DNA of 64,000 nucleotides from Nitrospirota bacterium (GCA_963790025.1 CAWBMP010000005.1:1-64000), one strand, 5' to 3'; positions 50,808 through 62,010 are shown, counted from the first letter of the stretch. Made by a program: numbers and translations. Notes: a model not told the origin generated them from the letters alone.

Positions 50808-52120
50808 TGAGTAAGTTGGCAATGCTCGTATTTCTGGTTTTCCTTGCAATACTCGGAGTTTTTGCGATGGAAAATAAGGACATGATCGTCGTCAAGGTAC
50901 CATTCAGCAGTCTGTATGAGATGCCGAAAATAGCCCTCATACTTTTGTCAACGATTGCCGGTGCGCTCGTTATAATGGCCTTCTCTTTTATACGCGATAC
51001 CAAGCGCGTCTTCGACAATATGCAGTTTCAGAAGCGGCAGAAGAAAGATGCGAGGATACATACGTACTATTCCAAGGCATTGAATGCCTTATTGGGAGAT
51101 AAAGAAGAGGATGCAAAAGAGGCCCTTGGAGACATACTGAAGGAAGACCCCGAGCATATCGACGCGCTTTTGAGGTTGGGCGATATCGCATTGAAGAACG
51201 GGGACTACAAAGCCGCCTTTGATTACTATAAAAAAACCTGGGACATAAATCCCTCCGACCTTCGGGTGCTCCTATCCATTGAAACGGTCGTGGAAAAAAT
51301 GGGGCGCTTTGAGGACGCGATGAAATATCTTGACGACATACTGGATATCGATGCTGAGAACCTCACGGCCCTTTACCGAAAAAGAGAGCTGCTCGAAATG
51401 AGGGAAAAATGGGACGATCTTCTGTCGCTGCAGAAATCGATTGTCAAGCTCGAACAAAACGAGAAGGACAAGGAAAGGGAAGACCGCAGGCTGTTGGGAT
51501 ATAAATATGAGTATGCGCGTGCAAGCCTTGAAAACGGAGAATTGGAAAAAGCCGAGAAGGCCTTCAGGGCGTTGCTGAAGATCGACAGCAGGTTTCTTTC
51601 GGCTTATCTTGGCACCGCAGAAGTTATTTTGACAAAGGGCGAGATTGAGGAGGCGATAAACTTCCTCGAAAAAAGCTTTGAGCAGATGAACTCGGCCATA
51701 TTGCTCATGCGTCTCGAAGACCTGCTTATCAGTGTCGGCGAGCCAGGCAGGCTCATACGGTTTTATAAAAATGCGATAGCACGGAGCCCCCAGGACAATG
51801 GTTTAAAATTCCTGCTGGGCAAGCTCTACTACAGGCTGGAGATGGTAGATGATGCCCTTGAGGTCCTGAATTCGATAGACACCGGCGCATTTTCCAGTAC
51901 TGAACTGTACGGTTTGCGGGGTGAGTTATATATGAAGAGGCAACAGGACTCGAAGGCAATAGAAGAATACAGGCGGGCATGCGGAATAGGGAGTGCTATA
52001 AATGTCCCTTACTGCTGTTCACAGTGCGGTTTTAAATCAGTAGACTGGTCGGGCAGATGTATCAGCTGTCACGAGTGGAATACATATAAGCTTGATCTCT
52101 ATGACACCTGCAAGGCTTAA
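50807..52120 (+). CDS. LapA-LapB-like fusion (TM, TPR repeats, rubredoxin-like CxxC domain)
   Basis: N-terminal F..EN between two TM helices, TPR repeats, C-terminal CSQCGF....W..RC.SC..W. Confidence 0.75.
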   Translation: MSKLAMLVFLVFLAILGVFAMENKDMIVVKVPFSSLYEMPKIALILLSTIAGALVIMAFSFIRDTKRVFDNMQFQKRQKKDARIHTYYSKALNALLGDKEEDAKEALGDILKEDPEHIDALLRLGDIALKNGDYKAAFDYYKKTWDINPSDLRVLLSIETVVEKMGRFEDAMKYLDDILDIDAENLTALYRKRELLEMREKWDDLLSLQKSIVKLEQNEKDKEREDRRLLGYKYEYARASLENGELEKAEKAFRALLKIDSRFLSAYLGTAEVILTKGEIEEAINFLEKSFEQMNSAILLMRLEDLLISVGEPGRLIRFYKNAIARSPQDNGLKFLLGKLYYRLEMVDDALEVLNSIDTGAFSSTELYGLRGELYMKRQQDSKAIEEYRRACGIGSAINVPYCCSQCGFKSVDWSGRCISCHEWNTYKLDLYDTCKA

Positions 52121-52121
52121 G

Positions 52122-52850
52122 GTGAGTGAAAGCTCACCCGAAGGGTCTCTGGTCGAAGATACCGGTGAGGGGCCTGAAGCCACAGTAGTGCGCGAAGAGG
52201 GCCCTCACGAGAAGTTTCTGAAAAGGAACACTCGCAGGTTGAAGAAGGTTGTTCTTGATACGAGCTTATTTGTCAATCCCGACGTCAGGGCAAGGCTCGG
52301 AGCTACACCCCAGGAAGCCCTTGAAAATTTCCTTTTCCTTGCATCGCAGATAGGAATCCTCGAATTTTATATGCCGCCGTCCATCTTCGATGAACTCCTT
52401 CACTTCGTCGAAAGAAATAAAATCCCGGAGGACCTCCTGATCCTTCTTCACCAGAAGCCGCCCAAAAAGCACGAGCTGAAATGTCCCGCGTTCCTCTTAT
52501 ACGAGCTCATTGAAGACATAAGGGAGCGGGTCAACAAGGGGTTGAGGCTTGCTGAAAAAGCGGTCAGAAGCGCCGAGAATAAAAAACCGGACGAGATCGT
52601 GCAGGACCTGAGGAAGAAATACAGGGAGGCCTTGAGGGAAGGTATTATTGACAGCAAGGAAGATGTGGACCTCCTGCTCCTTGCAATGGAGCTTGACGCT
52701 CTTTTGATCACCGCAGATCACGGGTTGATCAAATGGGCTGAAAAGCTGGGTATAAAGTGGCTCTTCCCGGAAAGATTCAAGGATTATCTTACAGCGGCGG
52801 TAAAAAGAACAAAGCAGCTTGCAGGAAAAAGAAAAAAGTCGACCACATGA
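52122..52850 (+). CDS. protein-only RNase P (HARP / Aq_880-like PIN protein)
   Basis: VLDTS.F.NP, FYMP.S, R.NKGLR.AE, LR.KYREALR.GIIDSKEDVD.LLLA.EL, ADHGL..WA.K.GI. Start uncertain. Confidence 0.88.
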   Translation: MSESSPEGSLVEDTGEGPEATVVREEGPHEKFLKRNTRRLKKVVLDTSLFVNPDVRARLGATPQEALENFLFLASQIGILEFYMPPSIFDELLHFVERNKIPEDLLILLHQKPPKKHELKCPAFLLYELIEDIRERVNKGLRLAEKAVRSAENKKPDEIVQDLRKKYREALREGIIDSKEDVDLLLLAMELDALLITADHGLIKWAEKLGIKWLFPERFKDYLTAAVKRTKQLAGKRKKSTT

Positions 52851-52941
52851 CAACCAATGATGTCGAGCAGTAATTTGTATAAACGTAGTTCCTTTTCTTT
52901 TTCCATATTCCGGTTTTTATGCTTGCGCACCGGCAGACATA

Positions 52942-53898
52942 CTACTTCACCACTGTTGCCATGTGCAGCACCTGCACCGGAATAGTTACACCGATTTTTT
53001 TTGCGGTCGTAATGTTCACCAGGAGATGAAAACGTTCAGGACGGCTGGAGGGTATCTCATCCGGTTTCTTTCCATCAAGAATAGCCAGTGTTTTGACAGC
53101 AGCCATTCTCCCTAATTCTTTGTAGTCCGGTCCTATTCCCATAAAGGCCTTGGAATCACTCACCATTTCCGGGAGTGAGGCAACAGTAGGAATATGATGA
53201 TCGTTTAGCTGCGGAATAATAATTTTCCCCCTGGACATGATAAAAGAATCAGCCGGAAAAAGCACTGCATCTACTTTTTCATTAAAAGCCTTCTGAACAG
53301 CAATGGGTATTGCCTTGTCGTCCTCAACAGGAATAGGTATTAATGTATACTTAAAGTCATTCTGAAATAACAACACCTCGGTAAGCTGAACTGCCGCATT
53401 CGGCTCCCTCGGGCTGTACATAAAGCCAAGGCGGTCAATGCGCAACACCTTGCGCATAGTGATAAAAAGTCTTTCTATTGTAACGGCATTAGAAACCCCA
53501 GTCAAGTTGTTGCCTGAATGTTCCCAACTCTTGATTAGTCCGACTTCGACCGGCCGGGAGACGGCGTTGAACACAATAGGTGTGTTTTTGAATTTACCTT
53601 TTAGTACATCAGCAACCGTTGTTCCAAATGCATAAATAACCATATATTTTTTGTATTCGAGGGATTGAATGATTTCGCTCAGTTTGTTCCTGTCTTGTTT
53701 TGCATCAATGACAGTGAACTGGAAGTGATACTTATCGGATTTCTTCAACCTGTCCTGATACGCTCTTTCCGCGTCTGTCATCCCGCGCCACAGGACCATG
53801 GCGATATTTATATTCTCTTTCGCCCATGATGGAACAGCGCCGACTGCAGTCAGCATCACGGCAATAAGCAAAACAGATAATCTTAGATGTAATTTCAT
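52942..53898 (-). CDS. ABC_sub_bind-type periplasmic binding protein
   Basis: Signal peptide, P.VF..V..PV..GL, GNN.TGVS, G.DY..LG, L.VN..TAK.IG. Confidence 0.8.
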   Translation of the reverse strand: MKLHLRLSVLLIAVMLTAVGAVPSWAKENINIAMVLWRGMTDAERAYQDRLKKSDKYHFQFTVIDAKQDRNKLSEIIQSLEYKKYMVIYAFGTTVADVLKGKFKNTPIVFNAVSRPVEVGLIKSWEHSGNNLTGVSNAVTIERLFITMRKVLRIDRLGFMYSPREPNAAVQLTEVLLFQNDFKYTLIPIPVEDDKAIPIAVQKAFNEKVDAVLFPADSFIMSRGKIIIPQLNDHHIPTVASLPEMVSDSKAFMGIGPDYKELGRMAAVKTLAILDGKKPDEIPSSRPERFHLLVNITTAKKIGVTIPVQVLHMATVVK

Positions 53899-54056
53899 AC
53901 AGCCTCCACCGTATTTTGTCGACAATTGACCCGGGGCATATCTGCTTCTTATTTATTCCTGATTTGTGCCTATGTCGTCTTGGTCCCGTTCCCGCTCAGA
54001 TACTGAAGCATAGCACTACACGGTCCTGATCAAACCGGATCCCGAGGCTTCTTTAA

Positions 54057-54533
54057 CTACCTAGGCATGGCGCACCCGATCACAAGGTCATCAATCCTCT
54101 CGAAATATGCAGTCCTGTTTTCGATTTCATTTGACTTTGGCTTTCTAAGCCTATAATCAATCCAACAGCTTCCCTTTTTCTTGGCTACGGTAATAATCTC
54201 TTTGCGGAACAGTTTGCCATCTTCATCAGGCACATTCATGACATTCGTTCCAACGAGGGCAGGGAATGACAAATTTGCCAGTGAAGTTCCCTTTAAATCG
54301 TAAGCAAATACGTGCATTGCCTTTGATCTATCCACAAACTTTCCATTGGGATTGTTAAATTCTTCAAGCGTTTTTTTCAGGGTGTTGACCTTATAGTAAG
54401 ATATGGCTTTCTTGACCATAGCAATTGCCATCGCCTTTTCATCACTCTTCTCCCCGGCATGGACAATACTTGCAAACGTCATCAGCAAAGCAAACAACGC
54501 TGCTGATGCCGAACAGTTCATTATCTTCCTCAC
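54057..54533 (-). CDS. secreted single-Cache domain protein
   Basis: A..MV.KA, F.NP.GKF, D.DGK.F..EI, W.DY pattern. Confidence 0.8.
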   Translation of the reverse strand: MRKIMNCSASAALFALLMTFASIVHAGEKSDEKAMAIAMVKKAISYYKVNTLKKTLEEFNNPNGKFVDRSKAMHVFAYDLKGTSLANLSFPALVGTNVMNVPDEDGKLFRKEIITVAKKKGSCWIDYRLRKPKSNEIENRTAYFERIDDLVIGCAMPR

Positions 54534-55021
54534 AGTACACCCCGCTTTTTATTCATTTTCAAAACAACTCCCTGCATGTCATTTAATTGTCACTTCAACT
54601 AACAAATTATGCTAAAAACCGCCATTCCCAGGCTTGCCTCGCACCGGTTCATGATATAGAGGTTAGCTCCACGAGACACATCCTACGAGAGGATAATAAC
54701 ATATCCAGTACGTCTCTATGGAGATTATTGAAAAAAATCTGTCACCTTCTCAAGGAATTGCGATAACGAGACCTCATATATGAATAACGCATAGACTAAA
54801 CCGCGGGTTATGGTCATTCAATCTTGCTCGTCTACCAAACTGGATAAGAATCTCTTGTTTTGGTTTTCTTTGGGGTCTGAATCTCATGGATTGGAAGCAA
54901 TACAGATACGCTGAATCCTCTGCACTCCATTACAATCGTGTCTACTTCAAAATCACTGGCAGGGATAGTGTCCTCCTATCGAGTCACTATCCGCAATGCT
55001 CCGGAATACGCATCCCATACT

Positions 55022-55243
55022 TTATGGTCTCTTTCCTCTGTTTCGGATGATGAGGCCGTTAAGGAAATTTCTCAATATCTGATCACCGCATTCTTTATAG
55101 TTTCTGTGGTCCGGGTTTCTGAAAAGAGCGGATAGTTCAGCTTTGGTAATTTCAAAATCTGCGAGCTTCAGGATCTCAATAATATCAGTGTCCTTAAGTT
55201 CCAGTGCGATTCTAAGTTTTTTCAATATGTCATTATTAGTCAT
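55022..55243 (-). CDS. DUF1456 (YehS) family protein
   Basis: MTNNDILKKLRIAL, ECGDQILRNFLNGL. Confidence 0.88.
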   Translation of the reverse strand: MTNNDILKKLRIALELKDTDIIEILKLADFEITKAELSALFRNPDHRNYKECGDQILRNFLNGLIIRNRGKRP

Positions 55244-55270
55244 TGTACTATCAATAATTTTATTTGATCC

Positions 55271-55459
55271 TTATATTTTTTTAACTCGTCCAATTTCACC
55301 GCTTTCCAACCGGACTTTTATGCCATGCGGGTGAGTTGGGGATTTTGTCAGAATGTCTTTTACTATCCCCTCGGTCAACTTACCGGTCCCCTGGTCTTTT
55401 TTTAAAACGATCGAAACCCTTAACCCCGATTTTATATCAGCACGATTTGTACCGTTCAT
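55271..55459 (-). CDS. YwbE (DUF2196) family protein
   Basis: LKKDQ.TGKLT.G.V..ILT.S..HPHGIKVRL..G..GRV. Confidence 0.9.
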   Translation of the reverse strand: MNGTNRADIKSGLRVSIVLKKDQGTGKLTEGIVKDILTKSPTHPHGIKVRLESGEIGRVKKI

Positions 55460-55461
55460 AT

Positions 55462-55677
55462 TCAGTGCTCCGGCGCCTTAAGCGTGTCTGTCGTTATCTC
55501 TGCACTGTAAGTGCGTTTGCAATGCTCACACTCAAGCAACAGCCTTATCCCATCGGCAATCTCTTTTATGCCTGCATTGTGCTGTTCTAATATATTCTCC
55601 AGGATCTTTCGGATGTCCTGCTCTTGCTCTGTTTTAAGTTGATTTTCCTCTCCGCACCAGCTGCAAGTCGTTTCCAA
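55462..55677 (-). CDS. small hypothetical protein with two CxxC motifs
   Basis: CSWC and CEHC; GAGGAGG SD before a TTG start. Confidence 0.6.
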   Translation of the reverse strand: METTCSWCGEENQLKTEQEQDIRKILENILEQHNAGIKEIADGIRLLLECEHCKRTYSAEITTDTLKAPEH

Positions 55678-55796
55678 TTATTACCTCCTCTATATTGTGA
55701 ACCTATCATACCACTTCCGGGTAGTGTAGTAAAAACGGTGCTACATTGAACGGCAGACTCATCGGCGGCGAAAAGATTCGGACTACCGGGGTCACT

Positions 55797-56781
55797 GGGG
55801 TCAGGCTTGCGTTCATGCATTTAGCATGTGAAATATTTGTTTCATGGCTTTTCGTCCTCTTTCACTCTCTGCGATTTTTGACAATCTTGAAAGCACTGAT
55901 AAGTCCCTCCTCAGTTGGGGCTGTAAGTTCACCATCCGATGCCCCGCCTCTCTCCATACCCCAACTAATAATCCTCGCGCAAATATTACTTCCTTGCTCC
56001 TGCTTCGGGAGCTTATCTCATCCCAAAGTACCCCTGTCACTTCCTCAACTGCCTTTATGGCCTTTTTCAACGTAAGCTTTCTTATCGGCCTGTCCAATTC
56101 GTCAATTATATCTTCTACTATTTCTAAAAACTTATCGCCTCCTACTATCTGCTGATCTACAGCCTTGTAAAACGAGTCGTCTCTTTCAGCGCCTATCGCC
56201 TCTTTTACAAAACCTCTGTATCGCTTCCGAGCTTCTGATACTTTCTCCGAAAAAAGCCTTAAAACCCTGTCAGCGTCAACTATCCCATTACCTTCCTTTA
56301 AGTATTGATTATGACTGCTCCATTTGTAAGCCTCCGGTCTGCTTACTATTCCTGCACGTACCGGATTCAGATGTATATTTCTGAGCAGCCCTAAAAGATA
56401 TTCCTCCCGGTCACACAGAAAAGACTTATACCTGCCCTGAAAAAGATGCCCGACCTTATTGTATTTCTTATTAAAATACTTTGTGTATGTGAAATTTATA
56501 AGTTGCATTATCTTTGATAAAGGCGCTTTGGGGGTCTCAATGAGTAAATGTACATGGTCTGTCATAAGGATGTATGCATAAAAAATAAATCCGCATTTTC
56601 CTTTATAACGTTTTATACGCTCAAGATACTCAAGCCTATCTTGTTCATCTATAAAAATGTCCTGCTTCCGATTGCCACGGACTATTACATGATAAAATGC
56701 TCCGGGATATTCTATGCGTGGCGGCCTTGCCATGATGCCAAAATATTGCACACTTAAATGCACGTATGCAAGCCTGACCCC
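55797..56781 (-). mobile_element. RAYT-type (Y1 HUH) element bounded by 27-bp inverted repeats
   Basis: GGGGTCAGGCTTGCGTTCATGCATTTA at 55797-55823 matches the reverse complement of 56755-56781 at 24/27. Confidence 0.8.
55813..56733 (-). CDS. REP-associated tyrosine transposase-like protein with a C-terminal DnaA_C-like HTH
   Basis: MARPPR...YHV..RGN, HVH (HUH), GHLFQGRY, IHLNPVRAG, WSS. Confidence 0.9.
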   Translation of the reverse strand: MARPPRIEYPGAFYHVIVRGNRKQDIFIDEQDRLEYLERIKRYKGKCGFIFYAYILMTDHVHLLIETPKAPLSKIMQLINFTYTKYFNKKYNKVGHLFQGRYKSFLCDREEYLLGLLRNIHLNPVRAGIVSRPEAYKWSSHNQYLKEGNGIVDADRVLRLFSEKVSEARKRYRGFVKEAIGAERDDSFYKAVDQQIVGGDKFLEIVEDIIDELDRPIRKLTLKKAIKAVEEVTGVLWDEISSRSRSKEVIFARGLLVGVWREAGHRMVNLQPQLRRDLSVLSRLSKIAESERGRKAMKQIFHMLNA

Positions 56782-56935
56782 ATTGTTTCCATTGTTTCCG
56801 TTTTTTATTCCTTAGCATTTCAAGCGCCGATTCGCCGTCCGTTACGGAGCGGACACACACTTCTCGCCCTGTCGCTTCCAGTGAGATTGTTGTCAGTTCA
56901 ATATCTTTGGGACTGTCATCAACAATAAGAATCAT
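56782..56935 (-). pseudogene. truncated response regulator receiver domain
   Basis: ILIVDDSPKDIELT...VTDGESALEML stops at the element end, before the phosphoacceptor Asp. Confidence 0.75.
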
Positions 56936-56962
56936 TCTTTTTTTCTCATCCTTATATAAACT

Positions 56963-59900
56963 TCAGGATAAACTGAAATAGATAGTCGCACCTTCCCCTT
57001 TTATTCCCTCTGCCCAAACTTTTCCTCCATGGCTGCGGATAATACGGTCGACAATGGCAAGGCCTATTCCGGTGCCCTCAAACTCCTGTTCTGAATGAAG
57101 TCTGTGAAACGGCCAAAACATCTTTCCTGCATATTCCTGATTAAACCCTGCCCCATTGTCCTTTACATAATAAATGATTTTACCATTCTGCTCAACGGTC
57201 CCGAATTCTATACGTGGTTTCACGGTTTTCGATGTGAACTTCCAGGCGTTCTCGAGCAGGTTCGAAAGGACGATCTCTATTAACCCAGAGTCCGCAAAAA
57301 CGGTGAGCCCTTCCGTGATGTCTACCTCTACGCTCCTCTCCGGATAAGTCTCGCGCAGCTTGGCAATAATCGATGCTGCCATTGCGCTCATATTAACCTC
57401 TGTCCGCCGGATTTCCTGCCTTGATATCCTGGAAAGATTAAGAAGATCGTCGATAAGACGACCCATTTTTTCTGAGCTGCTACGGATGTTAGAAAAATAT
57501 TGTTTCTCTTTCTCGTTGAGCTTGCCTGCAATTGTTTGCATCAGGAGGTCAGTGAACCCAGACATGTGACGAAGCGGCGCGCGCAGGTCATGGGAAACAG
57601 AGTAGATAAAGGCTTCAAGTTCTCTATTGGCGAATTCCAGGTCATATGTTCGTATTGCTACCCGCTGTTCGAGTTCTGCGTTTATTTGCCTGAGAAGCCT
57701 CTTCTGCTTCGACACGCTTTTTCTCACCGGCTATGGCATCCAGGGCATATGAAATGTTATTGGCAACCGAAAGCAGAAGAGAAATCTCCTCCTCTGTAAA
57801 AAAGCTTGGCTTTTCGGAATAAATAGTTATCTCGCCTATCGCCCTGCCATTGCTAAACAAGGGGAAAACAGAAGAAGAACGGATGCCGTGGGCACGAGCT
57901 CTTTGCCGCCATGGGAGCATCCTCGATTCTTCTTCAAAGTCAGCGCTCACAATATGGCGACCCTCCACAATCGCCCTGCCCGACGGGCCCATGCCTTCAG
58001 GTTCGTCATTTGCAGTTAGCCGGATGCCATTTAGGTAAGATGTTTCTCCCCAACTGGCCTCAGGCCTTATTTCCCTGCTTGCCTCATCCAGTGTACCGAT
58101 CCATGCGAGTCTGAAGCCTCCCGTATCAACAAGTATCCTGCACACATTGTCAAGCAATTCCTGCCTGTCACGATATCTGACAATTGCATCGTTTACACGT
58201 GCAATGAGAGTATAGAACCTGGTCCGTTCAACTATCCGCTGTTCCAGCTGATCATTAAGTTCGCGTAATGCCTCCTCCGCCAACTTGCGTTCGGTGATGT
58301 CCTGGAAAGTTCCACTGACTATCTTACGTTCTCTATCCCCTTTTCCTATTGCCTGGACCAAACGATGCTTGCCTTTTGCAGTAATAATTTCCAAGCTTAG
58401 ATCGAAAGGTTCTCCAATCTCAATGGCGCGTTGTACTGCTCGTGCAATTACAGGTTTGGAATCGGGGGCATAAAAGTCGATGGCTTCACTAACTGTTGGC
58501 TTATATGATAATTCAACTTCATGAATATGATAAACTTCTTCTGTCCATTGGAGTTCCAGCGTTTCAGTGTTGAATTCCCAACCGCCCACCTTTGCAATTT
58601 TCCCCATTTCATTAAGCAGGTTTCGGTTCTTTCTGAGTTCTTCCTCTGCCAGCTTGAGCGCAGTAATATCGAGAAAAGCTCCAACGCAGCCGCGAACTCT
58701 GCCATTGACATCGCGCAACGGATTAGCACTACCATACATAGTAATCCTTCTACCACTCCGCAGTTGCACTTCCAGTTCGTCTGCGGTGACTTTCACGTCA
58801 TTTGCAGCGGCCTCCTGCATAGGCAGTTCGGAGGCCGTCAGTTCCTTCCCATTTCGAAAGAACCGCCGCGGCGGTATCGGATGGCCGTCAGCAGGGCCAG
58901 CAGAAACGTTCTCCCCTTCTCTGGCCTCATAGAACAGATCAGCAGTAAGGTTGCCAATGATTTCGTGGCACTGCGGATCGTGAGACACCCATATGGCAAC
59001 CGGGGCCACGGCCATTATTGTCTGCAATTCCTCGACTGCACGGCGCAAGGACTCCTCCATCTGCTTCAGCGCAGAGATGTCTGTATTGGTTCCAAACCAC
59101 CGGAGAACCACACCGGCAGAATCCTTCAAGGGCATTACACGCGTAAGAAAGAGGCGGAAGACTCCGTCAGCTCCACGGAGCGGAAATTCCATGTCAAACG
59201 GCTCACCCGTGGCAATCGACGCTTTCCATCGCTCCAGTACCTTCGGCAGCACCTCCGGGTCATGTACACTCTGCCAGCCCCAGCCTTCCATCTGGTCAGG
59301 AGTTGTACCGGTGTATTCATACCAGCGCCGATTGTACCATGTGATATAGCCATCACCATTTGCCCACCACGCAAGGTTGGGAATAGAATCAGCCAGAGTG
59401 TGGAATTGCTCCTCGCTCTTGCGTAGGACCTCTTCTGCCTGCTTGCGCTCGGTAATGTCGTGCACCATTCCAACTGACCGAATTATGGCGCCGGACTCAT
59501 CCCTGAAATGTTCACATTTTTCATGGACTATGCGTACCTCGCCATTCGATTTTCTGATCACCCGGTGCTCGATGTCGTAAGTGTCCACTGAATCGCGCAG
59601 TGAACCTGAATATGCCTCATCAACTGCCTCACGGTCGTCAGGATGAACCCGTTCAAGGAAAGCTTCATAGGTCGCGCCGAACTCCTGAGGCTCTAATCCG
59701 AATATCCGGTAGACTTCATCCGACCAGTTAAGAACATTATTTACAAGGTCCAACTCCCAACTGCCAAGGTGTGCGATTTCCTGTGACCTTTTGAGTCGTT
59801 CTTCATTTTCCTTAAGCGCCATTTCTATCCGTTTAAGGTCGTTGATATTCTCGGAAAATATTATCAGTCCTCCAATTTCATCACCGTGCGTATACCATGG

Positions 59901-61367
59901 CCTTAGCTCCCAGCGGATCCAGTCTGTGTGACCATCTGCCCGAACCCATGGGTCTGCCTCGTTTCTCTCTACAGAACCGGCAAGAACCCTGCGATGAATA
60001 GCCTTCCACCGATCTGGGATATCCGGAAAAATGTCGTAGTGACTTCGTCCGATAATATTCTGTTCTTTAATGCCATATTCCCTGAACCAGCGGCTGCTAG
60101 TGGCAAGATATTTCATATCGCTGTCAAACATTGCGATTGCGGCAGGGGCATGTTCAATGAAAAGTCGTAATTTGTTTTCACTCTCCAAAAGTGCCTGCTC
60201 TGCCAGCTTGCGCTCGGTGATGTCCGCGAGGAAGGAGTAGTAATACAACGGTTTTCCGTCTTGGTCGGTTACAAGATGGACTAGCAATTCAATTGGCACT
60301 CGGGAGCCATCCTTCCTGATGTACTCCTTTTCATATCGTACCGGTTTACCAGTACGCTGTAGTTCCTCAAGCTTATGCCTCTCAAATTCCTGCCATTCAG
60401 GCGGAGTGAGAACCCTTGCCCAGTCCATTGACTTTAGCTCATGTTCGGAATATCCGGTGAGCTGTTCAAACGATTTATTGAAAAGCCCCAGACGACCATC
60501 CGGAAATCCCTGACCGAAGGGCTGGGATGAGCTCTGGAGAATGTTCGCAAGAAAATCATTCTGTTGTTTGCTCTCCCGTAACGCCTCCTCACCCACCTTG
60601 CGCTCTGAGATGTCCATGACCACGCCGAGCATGCGGTTGGCTTTGCCATCGCTATGGAGAAAAAAAACACCCTTGGTCTCCACCCAGTGCAGGCTACCAT
60701 CGGGCCAGATAATCCGATACTGTACCTCAAGCGGACTGTGATCCTGCATGCAACGGCGTGACTTCTCTTCGAAGAGCTGCAGATCCTCTGGATGTATTCG
60801 ATCAGTCCATCTGCTAACGTCGTGTTCCGTAGTAGTAGTAGGGGCGTAGCCGAAAATTGCCTCTTGAGTCTGCGACCAAAGTATGCTGTTCCTGGTGAGG
60901 TTCCAGTCAAACATTCCGATCTGGGTAGCGCTGACCGCAAGGGCAAGTCGTTCCTCGCTCCCGCGCAGGGCCACTTCACGGTCGTAAGCCGCAGCCTTAC
61001 TCCTGTAGCGACGAGTAAACTCGGCAACTAAGCTGATGAATAAACCGAAACTGGAGAACAACACTATCCCCACGCGGTCTACGGGGGATGCAATAAAAAA
61101 CTGTCCGGTCGGAGGCAAAAGCCAGTAGTCCACTAAAACGCTCGCAAATGCTGTAGCTACCAATCCAGACCAGAAACCATACAATAAAGCCACCACCATA
61201 ACTGCCGGATAGAAAGTTATGTAGGTTGGCAATCCGGGGCCGATCCAAGTTGTCAGCGCTAGCCGCAATACCATCGCCACCACTACCGCCACGATCGCCA
61301 GGATGAAGCTGAACACCCAACCCAGTGGCGTCTCTGGCCGTGTCTCAGGATGTGTTTTATTATTCAT
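56963..61367 (-). pseudogene. multi-PAS/GAF sensor histidine kinase split by a frameshift
   Basis: 1241-aa DUF4118-like/PAS/GAF ORF and a HisKA-HATPase ORF (SVSHDLRAPLR) overlap out of frame near 57695. Confidence 0.82.
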
Positions 61368-61680
61368 TGCGCCTTCTCAAAATCGAGACGAAATAGTGCA
61401 GCAGATGACCGATGACGCACAAATCATTGCCCTGCTTCTTCAAATCAATAATCCGCACCTAAATATCTCGTACCCATCTTTTTAGATAATTCCCCCCTCC
61501 CGCATTTGTATCAAGTTATTCAGACGTTATATTGATAATACTTAATATTTTGTTAAAAAACCACCGTTTTTCAATAAAAATCATAATCACGCGTCAAGAA
61601 CGAATAGAAGTCCGAGTTTTCTGTTTGTTCTGAGAATTCAGTGAATGAGGGTTGTTCAATTCTGGTAGCACCCCGCATTC

Positions 61681-61725
61681 AACATATTCAGGAAATTGCT
61701 GTCGCTCTCGGTTACAGGAAGAAGT
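61681..61725 (-). repeat. dispersed intergenic repeat, partial copy 3
   Basis: AACATATTCAGGAAATTGC is identical to 17594-17612; GTTACAGGAAGAAGT is identical to 20154-20168. Confidence 0.75.
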
Positions 61726-61809
61726 AAATGAATAAGCTAAGGACAGTTTGGGAACACTATTTCTTTACATAATATCTGGTTATCTCATTGATAGTAATGG
61801 AAAGAAAAA

Positions 61810-61893
61810 TGCCGAAGGCGGGACTCGAACCCGCACAGCCTTGCGACCACTAGACCCTGAACCTAGCGCGTCTGCCAGTTCCGCCACTTCGGC
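61810..61893 (-). tRNA. tRNA-Leu(CAG)
   Basis: GCCGAAG/CTTCGGC acceptor, CTAGG-TTCAGGG-TCTAG anticodon arm, long variable arm, TTCGAGT T-loop. No CCA. Confidence 0.95.
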
Positions 61894-62010
61894 TATATTG
61901 CTTTCTATTATAGCAGGTGCAGCATGTTTTTATAAATGCTTAGCGAATTATTATGTGTTAAAATATTAACCGGCTGGCACTGTTATCAAATGGATGAGGT
62001 AAGGAGATTT

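Noticed and set aside
58521..59426. 301-aa antisense ORF and similar shadow ORFs
   Set aside because: They lie opposite well-supported genes and have no motifs.
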